A program made the translations under genes and the position numbers. A DNA stretch of 63,112 bases, the filler included, from Atractiella rhizophila (Eukaryota), in the NCBI GenBank assembly GCA_021432655.1. It is 6 parts of 6 records of this genome, joined end to end, with 100 filler letters (N's around TTAATTAATTAA, not from the genome) between each part and the next. Parts side by side here need not be neighbours in the genome. Positions count along the whole stretch, not along the records: positions 24,739 to 38,081 come from MU271981.1; 5 more parts are not named here. The stretch is one strand, 5' to 3'. Positions 25,511 to 38,181 of this stretch are shown in pieces (position 1 is the stretch's first letter; every line of letters starts with the position of its first letter). The notes under the pieces are model-generated. The model had not been told where the DNA came from. It saw only the letters and a program-made list of their open reading frames with translations, and made no database searches.

Positions 25511-28500
25511 TCTCTGGGCTTTCTCCTGGGTTGCCATGATGAGATCCCAGTCATTGCAGTCTGAGGCTCCGTTTAGCACGTAGTTTCTCTGGCACCAGTC
25601 CTTCATGGATTGGACCGCTCTGGCAATGTTCATTGCGTTCTGTCTTCCCATTTGTGTACGAGTTTGATGTATCAGTCCATGCCTTTCTCGAAGTTAGAGG
25701 AAAATGGTCTGTTGTCCCTTGCCATAGACCCGTTCGATGATTTTGCGCATTTTGTCGTCAGATAGTATTAGTTGGTTGCCTGAATCAAACTTGATTTCTA
25801 TGGACTTATCCAGCCCGTACTCTGCTGAGAGTCGTTTCCACACTGTTGGCAAGTGGGCAAGGATATAGGCATGCATTTTCTAACGGATGTTCTTTCTGAG
25901 ATCTGGTACGTCGAAGTCGATCTGGAGGATGGGGATGGACTCCTTATTGATGACGGATTACTTCCAGTCCTTCTGAGATTCGCTTCCTTGATCAGTCTCC
26001 TCTGGTGTGAGTGCTCCGACTCTGTAGATGCGTCCGAGTTGGAGTTGATTCTGATGGGACTTGTTCATGGCTGGCGTGTCTTATGTTCTTTCTCTTTTTC
26101 CGCCTTCTTTTCCTCTCTTCCCCTTCACCCCCGCTCGAAGAGAAGTTGGAGGTGTGGTGCTTCTTTTTCAAGGTGGGTTTCTTCTTCATAGTTGTTGCCT
26201 CTAGGCCATGTGCGTTTCCCCTCATTTGCCTGCTGCCACCCATGAGTAGTCTCGGATGTTTCTGCTCCTATTCCTGCCTCACGGCAGTTACACTGGCCGA
26301 CAGAGGTGCATGTTGCTACCTTTGTCTTTCTTTCGCCAGGCGAGGTGATTCTGGGCCATGGTTGGTTGGGTGGCTTGCATAAAGTTCTGGTAGGCCGGGA
26401 AGAATTGGGCCTGAGTTGGAGGGGTGTTGTTAGGGTTCACAAAAGGCGGAATGGAGCGCGCTTCATGTAGGCAACTAGCTGGGAATCCTCTGATGTGGGC
26501 ACCCGGTGACAGGAGAGGCTGTATGGGTGGTACAGGTAGAGTTGTGTCACCCCTTCCTCCCCCTCATTGTACTTGGAATTCTGGGCTATGGTGGTTTTGA
26601 CCGGTGGATTTATTTATGATTCTGATGGTCTCCCTGGCTAGTATTAGCTTTGCCAATTGGGTGGTTCCGGTTCGATTCTCTCTGGTTCCTTCGTAAAGGT
26701 TCCAGTTAAGCGTAGGTATGTGATGGTATTGTCCTTCGCTGTTAAGGGGGATCCCTACTAGTTGAGCCATAGGCACAGGGTTCATGGTTGCATGTACGGC
26801 GGCAGTTTAAGGGACATTGAGGAATCCCCTAGGGTGAGGGTTTCCAATGGGTTGTTTGATACTGCGATCACCACACTTAGTGTAGGTACTCCGACCATAT
26901 GGAGCTGCTTACGAGGTAAAGGGATGGTGAGGAATCCTCCCCAAAGTGAGGGTTTCAGACTGGGGTGTACGGCACTACAACCATCACACCTTAGCAGAAG
27001 CACTCCCACCATGTGGAGCTGCTTACTGGGTAAAGGTGTCGTTGCAAAGAGCCCCCATGAAGGCCTGGCAACCTGCCCTACGGTCTCACAACAGAGAAAC
27101 GCCTGTATATGAGCTCAGCATTAGTCCCTGTCCCCTTTTGGATCCTATGGTAATTCTTGTCAAAGGAGATATGGAGGACTTGGATCTGTTGCGCAGATAA
27201 TTTCCGCTCCTCAATATGGCGGTTAAATTTGTCTGGTTCGGTTGGCTCAAGGATGTGTTGCATTGCTTCTACTGCGTTCTACTGTTCCTCCTCCCTCTCT
27301 TCTTCCTCTCTCGTATCCTCCATCACTTCCCTTTTTACTTCCAGGCCCAGTTCTTCTGGTGCATGCCCATGTTCTACACCTAATATGCCCAATTCCTTCC
27401 ATCCTACTTGTGCCGTTTCTACTGTTGGTTGTCTAAAGTTGACTCTTTTGTGGGGTTGTAAGCTCCAGCAGCCTAACCTAACCCTCATAATCAAAGCACT
27501 CCAGCAATTGAACCACCAGAACAATATCAGTACAATGACATACATCCAAATTGATGGGATATGGAATAGATGCCATTTGGTTTCCTAATTCATGGGCACA
27601 AGTGGACTGAGCAAGCGAGAAGAGGCGATCAAGGAAAATAACTACCTTTCACCTCTTTTTTCTGAGCATAAGTAAAAATCTGCTCATGCAATTTTAGTTT
27701 TCTTTCTGTGCGACCACAGTGCTCACCTTGTAAGCATCCACAGGGATTCCTATGACAATCAAATCTTTCTCTTTGACATCCATCAAGGCACTTCTGATCA
27801 CAAATTCACTTGCAATTCTTTAAAAAGAAGACAGCACACTGCATGGTATTAAACTTAGAGGCTGCAAATCTGCAGATCATGTTGATCTCGTTAAGCAAAT
27901 ATTATAGGAGAAGAAAGAAACCCTGTTTTCATTCATGATTCATCCTGCCATCTCATTTGAGTTGCAATTCCAGAACATTACTCTTTTACCACAAGTTCTC
28001 ACTTTTTCTTATCTTACTTTTCTTGAAGATTATATAAAGCCTCTGAAGAGCGAAATAAAGCATGATTACATTCCACAATAACAACAGGTTATGAGCCTAA
28101 TGAGCTCATAGACACAAAACAGCACCTACCAACCAAGTACAAAAGAGACAATGCACCAATGTATCCAATCCCCACTAGCAGCCCCTTGCAACAATGTTCG
28201 AGTCCTTCAATGCATTCAAGATCGAGCTGCTGAAGATGAATAACTGGGTGGTTAGACTATGTCATTGGGACAAAGAAAAGACCTATACCTGAAGTGGTGA
28301 AAGGTGAAGATAGCAAAGACATCACCATTGCGAATAAAGAGGCACTGGACACATAGGACACCAAGGACTCGAAGGCCCAAACAAGAATCAAGCTGACGAT
28401 TTAGACAGCGAACTGATCCATTTGGTGGGAGCAATGACAGTGGTGGATATGTGGAAACAGCTATGCACGGTGAAAGAGGCGAAAGCGATCATGCGGATCC

Positions 28501-29559
28501 TAGCTGTAAGGTGGCGGTTATATTGCTCATATGCTGAGGAAGGATTCAGCATGGTGGAACACATCTCTGCATCCAGAGGAGTTCAAGAAGAACTTGCCTT
28601 GATGGGGATACCCTCAAAGATGAGGATTTCATGTTCCTCCTGATCACTCCCTTCCCGAATCTTGGGACACTTTTCCATCCTCTTATTTTGGCGCCAACTC
28701 CAACAAACCAACTGTCTCACCCTATAAACTATCGGCGTTAACTGAAGAAGAAAGGCAAAGAAAGAAGAAGTTCACTGTCCTGTACCTGTCGAATGACCCT
28801 GCCAAAGTTGTATCGGTGGTTGTGCCGAATGGACTGGATATTGGCTTACAATAGACGATACAGTTCCGGGACGATACAAAGAACACTGGCAAACGAAAGT
28901 ACCCTTTCAGGTTTCAATATGATTCGATAGCCATCACTAGAACTCATGACTAAAATGTCTTTTCTCCTCGATTCGCTGCCCGGGAGGCCAGGAGGCATAC
29001 AAGGAAGTTGAGGGAATCCCCCAGATAGGAGGCACATACCAGGAATCTAGAGACCCTAGAGGTGGGCACTAGGAATCCATTTGCTTCCTGGAGGAACACA
29101 GGTTCAGCAATTTCCTTCACCTCCAGTCTCCAACAGCCTCCATAATCCTCCTTAAATGTGTGTTGGCTCCTCCAGACCACATAAAGCCTAGGTGGAGGCT
29201 TTTGCCAACCTTGGCACTTTTCCTCTTCGAGGAGCAGCTAGCACTGATTGAATGTGGGTGTTGAAGGAGAGCTAGAGGGGAATCAAAGTTCTACTCCATA
29301 GGAACAGGTAGAATACACTTGGCTTTTGGGCTGGCTGACTATCCAACTGGGTGGCATGATGATGACGATGATGAAGTCATATTAACGAGCTTTTTAGGAC
29401 CGGAAGGTCAAGAAGCTCTCCATTTTGATTGTAGATACAAGGCCCCGTGGGTTAGTCACCTTGGCCATTTGACCAGATTCTTCTCCCTTTCAATTCCATT
29501 TACTTCCTACTCCTCTCCGAACCCAGGGCCCTTGCAGGGTGGTGTGTTCGTCTAGTTTT

Positions 29560-32500
29560 GCATATCGCCGTAGATGGCTGGGTGAGAGTCAAAACTCCCC
29601 TGAAGGATAGATTTTGATGTGATGCTTGATTGCGACTGTATCCAAGAGATGTTAGATGCGTGTTCTGTAAACGGGGACAGTGGAAGTAGAAATACAAATA
29701 ATACACTGAAGCTAATGAGGAAGAAAGGGAGTTAAAAGAAAGAGTAAAAGGTGTTGTAAAGCGAAAGAAGACCAAATCTGAGGGGTTAAGGAGAGGGATT
29801 CAGAAAGGCTTAGCTTCAGAATATGCGGGCATGTAGAGGTTGAGTGCACCTTCTTATCCTACCCCAACCAGGGCGCCAGACGGCAGGGCAGCGTCATGAG
29901 CTTTCTTCTTGTGTCTTAGGACCCTCTCAGTGGCTCGAGTGTGGGTAGGAAACCTCCTGGATGCACGGATGAACTTCCAAAGCGGTGGAAGGGCGTCAGG
30001 GTTGGAAAGGACCGCTGTGTAGCTCGTAAGGCATATTCCTGCTTTGGCCAAGTTCGACTTAAGGGTGTTGCGGTGTTTCCTGTATCTCTCACACGACAAA
30101 AGGTAGTGCTTGACCGTCTCGCAGGAGCGACAGAACTCCCAGAACGGGGACTCCTGTACCTTCCTTCGATGCAGGTAGTCCCCAAGTCCAATGTGTCCTG
30201 ATCTAAGCTGAACCACCACAGAGGCTACCGGTCTTGGCAGTTCTGATAGCATCTTGTAGGTGGCAGCTGATGATAGTTCGCCTTTGGCCTTGTTGTGGTG
30301 TTTGGATGTGTTGGGATTCGAAGGCAGGAGGGAGCAAGGGAGCGAATGCTTTGGGAAAGGAGGACAGGCTGAAGGGGAAAGGAGAAGGGGGATGGTCTCC
30401 TACTGACTCTGACGCTTTCCGTACCAGCCTGTCAGCTGCTTCATTTCCCTCTAAGTCGCAGTGGCCTGGGATCCACTGAAGGCGGACACGAATGTAGGGA
30501 TGTAGTTCGGAAAGAGTCGCGAGGGAAGCATGGATATCCAAGAGGATGTGTTGACCAGGGCGTGTGTTAGGGCGGCCTGCAAGGCATATGATGGCGCTTT
30601 GGCTGTCCGAGAAGATGACAACATTGGGGGGGAGGCCTTCGTCTTGTAAGAGGCGCCCTAGCGCGACCCTGATAGCTGTCACCTCCGCCTCGAAGACCGA
30701 GTGTCTCCCTGCTTCTCCCAGCCTAATATATCTACTCCATCCTGACTCCAGCTCCACCGCGGCCGCCCCCACTCCTTTATCACCACTAGAGCCATCAGAA
30801 AATATATGCAGGTCCGTCCTATTGTTAGCAATCTCGTTATACACTTCAAGCGCGAGTTCCTTAGTGTCAGGTATCAAGGTTGTGAAGAGTGGGAGAAAGT
30901 TGGGGGGAGGCGAGGATTTAGGATCTCAAGGTCGACAGGGAAGGAAATGTTGGAAGAGTGAAAGATGTGGTGAAGCGGGGAGGGGAACTTATTAACGAAA
31001 TAAATCTTGCGGGAGCAAGCTAGCACTCCAGCAGGGTTGGAATCAGGGAGGGTAAGTAGGCGGAGAGCGCAGCGGAGGACTAGCTTGTCTAGGCGGGCAA
31101 GGGGGTCGAGGAGGTTGGAGTCGAAGGAGAGAGCAGATGTGGGTGTGGACTTAAAGGCTCCCAGCATAATTCGTTGGGCCATATGGTGTAGGACTTCCAG
31201 TCTTCTGACGATGGCTGAATGGGTGTGAGGGCAATGCCATAAGATGGCGGCATAGTCTGTGGCGGCACAGACTATGAAGATGTAGAGGCGACGGAACTGA
31301 GCCAAGGGAATTCCTTCAGTGATCTTGGCTAGTGACACGATCGTCATCAAGCGCTTTCTTCCCTTCTCCTCGATAGAGGATAGTTGGGGCTTCCAGCGGA
31401 GTTCCTTATCAAGAATGACCCCGAGGAGGGTTGCGTTGTCAGACATCTCTAGTCTCTCGCCTCCGAACCGAAGTCTAAGGCTAGCGGTTATCCTTCGACG
31501 ATTGCGAGTAAAGATGACAAACTTAGATTTATCTCTCTCGAATAGTGCTCCATGGGTGCTCCCCCACTCCTCTGCCTTATCAATCATCCCCTCAAGTCCC
31601 CTTATGGCTAGCATTACTGATGACGACCTGTACAAATAGGATACGTCGTCGATAAATCCGGTTGATTGGGAATCCCGTTCGGTTGCTGCCTTGAGCAAGG
31701 AGGTGTTATAGAATAGGTAAAGGATAGGGGAGAGCGGAGAGCCCTGGACCAGGCCGATTTTGATGGGTAGTTGGGATAAAATGGAGCCATCGAATGAGTA
31801 GGAGGTGGATCGTCCGACAAGCCATGAAGAAACCAAGTTATAGAAGCGTGAGTCAACTTTTGCCTTCCTTAGGTCGTCGACTAGCCTGCTGTGGATGACA
31901 GAGGGGAAGGCACCTTTTACGTCGAGGAACACAGCTGCAGTCACTTGTCCCTTTCGCCATCCTTCCATAACAAATTCAATTACTGAAAGAAGAGCGTCCG
32001 TTGTGCTGCGACCTGACCGACCCTCAAAGTGCTGGTTGGGTGGGGTAGAAGGAGATGCTTTTCAGCATAGAAGGCAAGTTTCGCAGCTAGAACTCTATTA
32101 AAAATTTTAGCGAGGCACTTCAGAAGAGCGATTGGGCAGTAGGCTTTGGGAATGGAGTAATCTGGTTTCTTGGGCTTTTTTAATATTGCCGTAGAGAAAC
32201 ATTTCCACTTTTGCGGATAATAAGAGAGGTCATAGCATGAAATAATAATGTGAAATAATACTTCCCTGATTTTGGGCCATAGTTCTTTGAGGACCCAGTT
32301 AGGGATCCCATCATTCCCTTGTGCTGACTTCTTTTTGGCGTTTTCGATATATCGATCCAGCTCTTGGATTTCGATTTCTCCAAAGTCTATCCAGTCTTCA
32401 TTCGTTGGTCTTTCCTGTTGTAGCTCATCTAGTTCGGGATTGGGGTGTGAGGCGCTGAAGGTGTCATGAAACACCCTCGCCTTTCCCTCATTGTTAAAAG

Positions 32501-33960
32501 TGAGGGAATTATCAAGATTCTGGAGTGGCGGGATTTGTCTTTCGCAGCTCTCGTGTTTAGCTTATGATGAAGCTGTCCAGAGCGACTGTTCATCTAAGCT
32601 GGCTAGGAAGTTGTTCCAGTGCAAACGCTTTGCGCGCTTTGACCGCACGACGGAAGGTCTGAAGGGAACTTTGCCACAATGCATAGTCCCCTTCACTTTT
32701 CGTCTTCTGGACCTGTTCCTTTGCTTGCTTGCATTCGCACGGAGATCTGTGAGTTCCTCGTCCCACCACCTCTTAGAAAACTTCGATTCTTCACTTTTTT
32801 GGTCAACACCTCCAGCGCTGATTGGATGGAAAAAGTGAGGTACTCAACTGCAGCTTCAATGTCTTCTTCGCGGTTCAGAGGAGTTTCTCGTTCAAAGGGA
32901 TAACCCTTCAAACGATCTTCAACATCCTCTCTCATCTTGTTCCAATCCGCCTTGGTCAGATTGAATCTATCCAAGTCGGGTGGGTTGGTCTTCTCCAAGT
33001 TGAAGGTCGTGAGTATGGGGAAGTGATCAGAACCGTGATTCACCTCTGGGTCATGGGAGGTTAAGCATCGCTCTACTAGGTCATCGGCTGCCGCATTGAC
33101 AAATACGAGGTCAATGACCGCTTGAGATTCCCGTGCATACCAGGTGATCACTCCTTGTTCTGACCTTAGGACTAACCCCATCTCTGTCAGACTTGTTAGC
33201 AGTTCTTCCGCTTTGGCATCCCATCTGAGGTATCCTTCTTGATTCCACAGGTCGTGGTGTAAATTAAAGTCGCCTCTGACATAGAGTAAAAATTTATCGT
33301 CTGAGTTAAATTCGAGCAGAAGTTGGTGGACTAGGTCAAACAGGACCCTTAAGACGTCAGACATAATGTCAGTCGCGTTGTAGATGTTGAATAAAGCAAG
33401 TATGTACGAGGTGCAAGAGATCCTAACAGAGGAGATTTCTGGTATAGGAGAGATTATTTGAGAGATGGATGAGCTGTGAATAGTCGCAGAGTTGACTAAA
33501 ATGGCAGAACGAGCAGAGGGAGACGTAGAGAAATGGTGCCAGCCTGGATAAAACGGAAGGGATTGACCCGGAGTGATGTAAGGTTCTTGCAGAAGCAAAA
33601 TATCGAAACTGGCGTGGGCAGAAGAAAGGAGTGAGTGGAAAGTGGCTGGAGATTTTTGTGTGTTGTATTGAAAGACTCGTAGATGGGCTGGGTTAAAGAA
33701 GGATGAAGCGAAGGAGTTTCCTGATGAGAGTTTGATGGGGCTGTTTCCAAAACCAGGATCATCAGTGTTGGTAGACTTGTGCTGGATGATGTGAGAAAGG
33801 GGTTACAGAATGGTGATCGGTTTTGTGTAGGGGAAGGAGGGATCAGAAGAGGAAGAGGAGGAGGGATATTTGTAAGTAGGGGAGATAGAGTGGGGAAAGG
33901 GAAAGGGATAGAAGAGAATGAAAAGAAACAGGGGAACTTAGCTGGATAAAAGAGTCTTTG
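29560..33960 (-). mobile_element. Non-LTR retrotransposon (LINE, Tad1-like) with APE endonuclease, RT, RNase H and Cys/His finger; frameshifted
   Basis: APE: LRVFQYN...ILLLQEP, GDFNLHH, IDLVF, SDHFPI. RT: YCPIALL, LDVKGAF, QGSPLSPILYLFY, FIDD. RNase H: FSDGS, FEAE, FSDSQSA, WIPGH..GNEAAD. C-terminus: ETVKHYLLSC. Element ends are approximate. Confidence 0.95.
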
Positions 33961-34149
33961 GGAATGGGTATAATGCTGTCGTTCATTTCAGATAGAATCT
34001 GGAAGAACCAACCAACTGGGTGACATCTATAACAGAGCTAAGACTTTCCCTTCAAAGGTCGTTGAAAAATTATGTCCTAATTCAATCCAGAAAGGAACTA
34101 GCAAAAGCTCTCAGTTGATCTCATCTTTCCTCTCCCAGAATCCAAAGGT

Positions 34150-36900
34150 TAAGATGCTATCCTGGTAGCAGTTGATGGACGAAATTAGACTCCTTACGCC
34201 CTGTCCCAAGCAAAAAAAAGGTGCTAAGACACAGTTTTGCTTCCTGCAACTCCCACAACTTTCTCAATAATCTCTTCCTTTTCCTGTTCCGATCCAGCGA
34301 GAGCTTCGCTGTCATAAGGATGAGGACACGAATTGATGAAGGCTTCAATCGGCGTCATCTGATCCCAATGGTGTCACAAGCACCAGAACTCTGACAGCAC
34401 ATCCTGATAGCAAATTGAAAAGTCAATACAACTGCCACAAAGAGTAGTAAAAGTATACAGCTGGAATAGAGAGGATATCTAGTGCCATGCTGGACCAAGC
34501 AGGGAGCTGCTTCTTTGCTTGATCTTTACCACTCAAAGATATCTGTGCTATTAGGAAGCTGATAATGGGTCATGTAGTAATTGACCTCACACATTGGCTC
34601 AAGTTCGGTCATTGTTCTCAGCTAGTTACATGTTGTCATCGTTGCTGTCACTGTCAACATCATTGAAGGCTTTATCGAGGTAAGAGTCATTGCCGGTGGA
34701 GGTAGGCATTAGTTGGGTTGTGGATCCATTGCCATACTTTGGAAAGTATCTGTCCTTGAATAGTTGAATCCGCTTTTCTTTATGCTTCTCACAACCTTTC
34801 TCCCGTTGACTGAAAATTGAGCATTTGAAGAATTTGGGTCCAAGTTGAGGATCAAGAACTAAGTAGGTTTCAGCATTGACTATACACGTGAAGTTCAATA
34901 AGATTACATAGACATAATATGGAGAATCATCAGAACGGCAGTGTACTCTGCAAGCTTGTATAGGCATCAACGCTCCGATAACCCTTTGAGAAGTTGGGCA
35001 GAAACTCCTTGATTGCCTTCTTCAGCTGCTTGAGCAAGCCATGGTACTGATGGAGGGTTGAGGAGAGATAGGGGATCGATGTTGTTGACATTTGAAGAGT
35101 CACATCCCGAAAAGCTTTCAGCCAATCACAGACAGTACTTATCCCCTCCCAATCCTCCTCAGACAACCTTCACCCTCACCGATCTCGTAGTGATCTGAAT
35201 AGCGTCCAATAGCATGTCAGTAGGAGTCAGAAAGATTGAGCATCTCATGGGTGGAACTTCATCGAGTCCGAACATCAAGAATAAGCATTCTCAAGGACAT
35301 GTTAGGCATGATCTGAATCTCTGCTGATGCTTTCTCTAGCTCCTCTCCCCTGTTGCCACACTGATTAGAAGAGCTACAGATGGGATGGATGAATGTGTGC
35401 AGCTACAGTAGGAACAATATTGGCTCAGCGGGTATGTTGCACTGGAATTGGCGGAGTGACCTACTTTAGGGATTGCACCTTTCAACCTGTCGAGCTCCTC
35501 ATCATGGTAATCCAACTCTGCCCTTCCATCTTCATAAACAGCACCAAGCTTCTCCATAACACATTCTTAATAGTTTATCCTCCTTTTCTTCTTTTTGTCA
35601 TCTTCTTCTGCCTCGGCCCAGATGCCGAGGTAATTAAGGAGGGCGAGGGAAGAAAGATGGATGACATGGAGGAAGCAGCGAATCTGGTGTGGCTTAGCAT
35701 CGAAGGGGGGATTCCTTTTGAAGTGAACTTGTGAGCAACAGAGGCCATCATTGTGTCGTTATTAGATGCATTGTCCGAGGTAATGCAGCCGATCTGCATC
35801 AACAATGTATGAGAAGGAAACATGAAGACAAGTTAAAGAAATCTAGTCACCTTACTTGCAATTCCAAAGAAGTGAATGCATCTCCCCACAGCATCAGGCA
35901 TATTCTTCCCAGTGTGACTTCCTGGAAGCTTTGCAACATCAAGAATGACCTCATTTACTTCCCAATTATGATCAATGTAGGTTCCAGTAGTACAAAGGAA
36001 GGAGAAGTCATTTTTGGAGGTCCCACACATCAAATGCAAGATAAATTGTGGTATCTACTCCCTATACAACAGAAGAATTGTTACAATTGATGTTTAGCTG
36101 TCAATCAAATAGCAAACCTGCAGTTCCTTCTTGAGTTCTTCCAACAGAGTATCCCTTTCTTCATCACCTTGCTTCTCAATGCCATCCTCTTCGTATCTCG
36201 ATCTTCTTTAGATCAACATTGGCTACAGACTCCTCTCCTCTGCTTGCACCTCCCTCATCATCCATATTCCAAGCAGCTTCTTCCTCACGATCGAGGCCAG
36301 AGCCTTGTCCAGATTTTAAAGTAGGATAGGTATACTGAAGGTATTCAAGGTTACGGAATTGAGGGTTCTCAGTGAGCAGGAAGGGCTGATTGGTTGCAAC
36401 AAAGAACTCTGTCAAAAGATTTTCAAACTTCATTTGATCAAAACTCTGCAGCAACAAAAGCGTCAGAGCAGAATTGCATAGGCACAATATAGTGAAGGTA
36501 TACCTGTTGGCCAAATTTTGTACCCATGGTGTTTACATGATCCACCATATCTTTTTTTTTCCATCGCCCTTTTAGCTATACCATCAGATATCTATTGAAT
36601 CATTAGCTCAAGAGATTTTGCTAACTCCCTTTCATCAATATCCATTGCGATTGAATCTGGCACATTATCTCTTGCTGACCCGCTATTGTCCAACAGACGA
36701 TCATAAGTGCCGTCAAGATCATTCTCACCAATTCGGCAACAAGGACATGTTGAGCAAGATCAGCATGAATCTGAATTGCAGTGGCACAAATCGATGCCTT
36801 ACGCGCATTCAGCAGTGACTCATGAGGCCTTGACAAATGGTAGTGAGATGTGACTGTGTCAAAGAGTTACGCTAATTCGACTGCTAACAAGGGGAAAAAA
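34150..36900 (-). mobile_element. hAT-family DNA transposase relic, intron-containing
   Basis: IGCITSDNASNNDTM, LDVRTR*SSTHEML, LSEEDWE, LDP, and C-terminal dimerisation remnants SMALDILSIP and RRLKPSSIRVL. Many stops; ends approximate. Confidence 0.88.
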
Positions 36901-38181
36901 AGAACACTGACAATGTTGCCATCAATCCTCAATGTATAAGATGCAGCATGCAGAATCTTCAATGTATTGTATCACGGTATCTTCATGTGTGGCTGATTAG
37001 TGACATGGAAAAGGAAATATAAGGGAGCACCCACTCAGATTCCTCATTCTTCCCTCTTCAACTTGCTAATTGCAGTACCATCCTCATTGTTCCTCTTCAT
37101 AATGTCAACAGACATTCTAACTCTCTTCCCTAATACAGACATTGATAATTGGTGGAATGGTTGGACTGTAGTTGGTAATGAGGGAACGCCTTATCATTTG
37201 ACAGAGGGCTCAAGTACCCATTTATCTAGCTAGGTGGCCTGTAATCTATACTTTAGAACAAGTAGGAACAAGTTTGGAAGTGAGTAAAAGGATATTGGAG
37301 TGCATATCTTTGATTCTCATCGTCCAAAGCTACTTCTGAATCATGCATCGTACCGAATTGGATCAGAGGGCGTTGGTAGTTGGATTGTAGTCGGATCGTA
37401 AACCGAAGAGAATTTGAAAGTAACATTCGGGTTTGATGTCCATCCCTACTCATGACGGATGAAAGAATCGTGAATTCTTACCTCTAAAAGCAATCCGTTC
37501 TTGGCATGAGTTATAAAACGCACTTTTGAGCCTTTATACCTCCCTCACCAGGAGCATTGAAACGAAATGAGTTACACCATCTTATTGCATATGCTTGTGC
37601 CTTTCTGAAGCTTCGAGGAATTTTATTCTGAAGGGGGTAAAAATATGTTCATACTGGACTCGATACCTCACAAGAGTCACAGTAGGGTTTAAGGGGCCAT
37701 GCCCCTTGCGAGTGGGTTGGGAGGCCTGAGGGACGAAGACTTCAACACACTTGTAATGCTCCTAAGTTTGAGGTGAGGACAATCTAGCATGTGTTCCCCA
37801 TATACTTACAGCAGTATGCAAATAATTCGAGTGGAATATGCTGGATAAGGTACTGACGATGCAGACAGACATACTGGAACCAAACTGCATTGGCAATGAC
37901 TTTCTTTATTTTCGGGTGCAACGCCTTGACACTTTCTCTTCAGAATCGGGAACTCTTTGAGTGTTTAAATGATTGTAGCTGAGCTTTGATGGGGTGACCG
38001 GAACACTTACGCCTCCTACTTTCTGGGAGCATTCACTTCTCTTAGTATCCTTACCTTACTGTGGTGTGTGTTCAAGTTTTCNNNNNNNNNNNNNNNNNNN
38101 NNNNNNNNNNNNNNNNNNNNNNNNNTTAATTAATTAANNNNNNNNNNNNNNNNNNNNNNNNNNNNNNNNNNNNNNNNNNNN

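Noticed and set aside
28250..29555. Short ORFs flanking the LINE as a further transposase (for example KDZ/CxC)
   Set aside because: No diagnostic motifs found in translation.
29556..29605. Ribozyme or conserved stem-loop at the LINE 3' end
   Set aside because: Only 3-4 bp stems and no hammerhead or HDV core.
37691..37707. Hairpin AAGGGGC-CAT-GCCCCTT as a Helitron terminator
   Set aside because: No CTRR at the expected distance, and it is far from the Helitron fragment.
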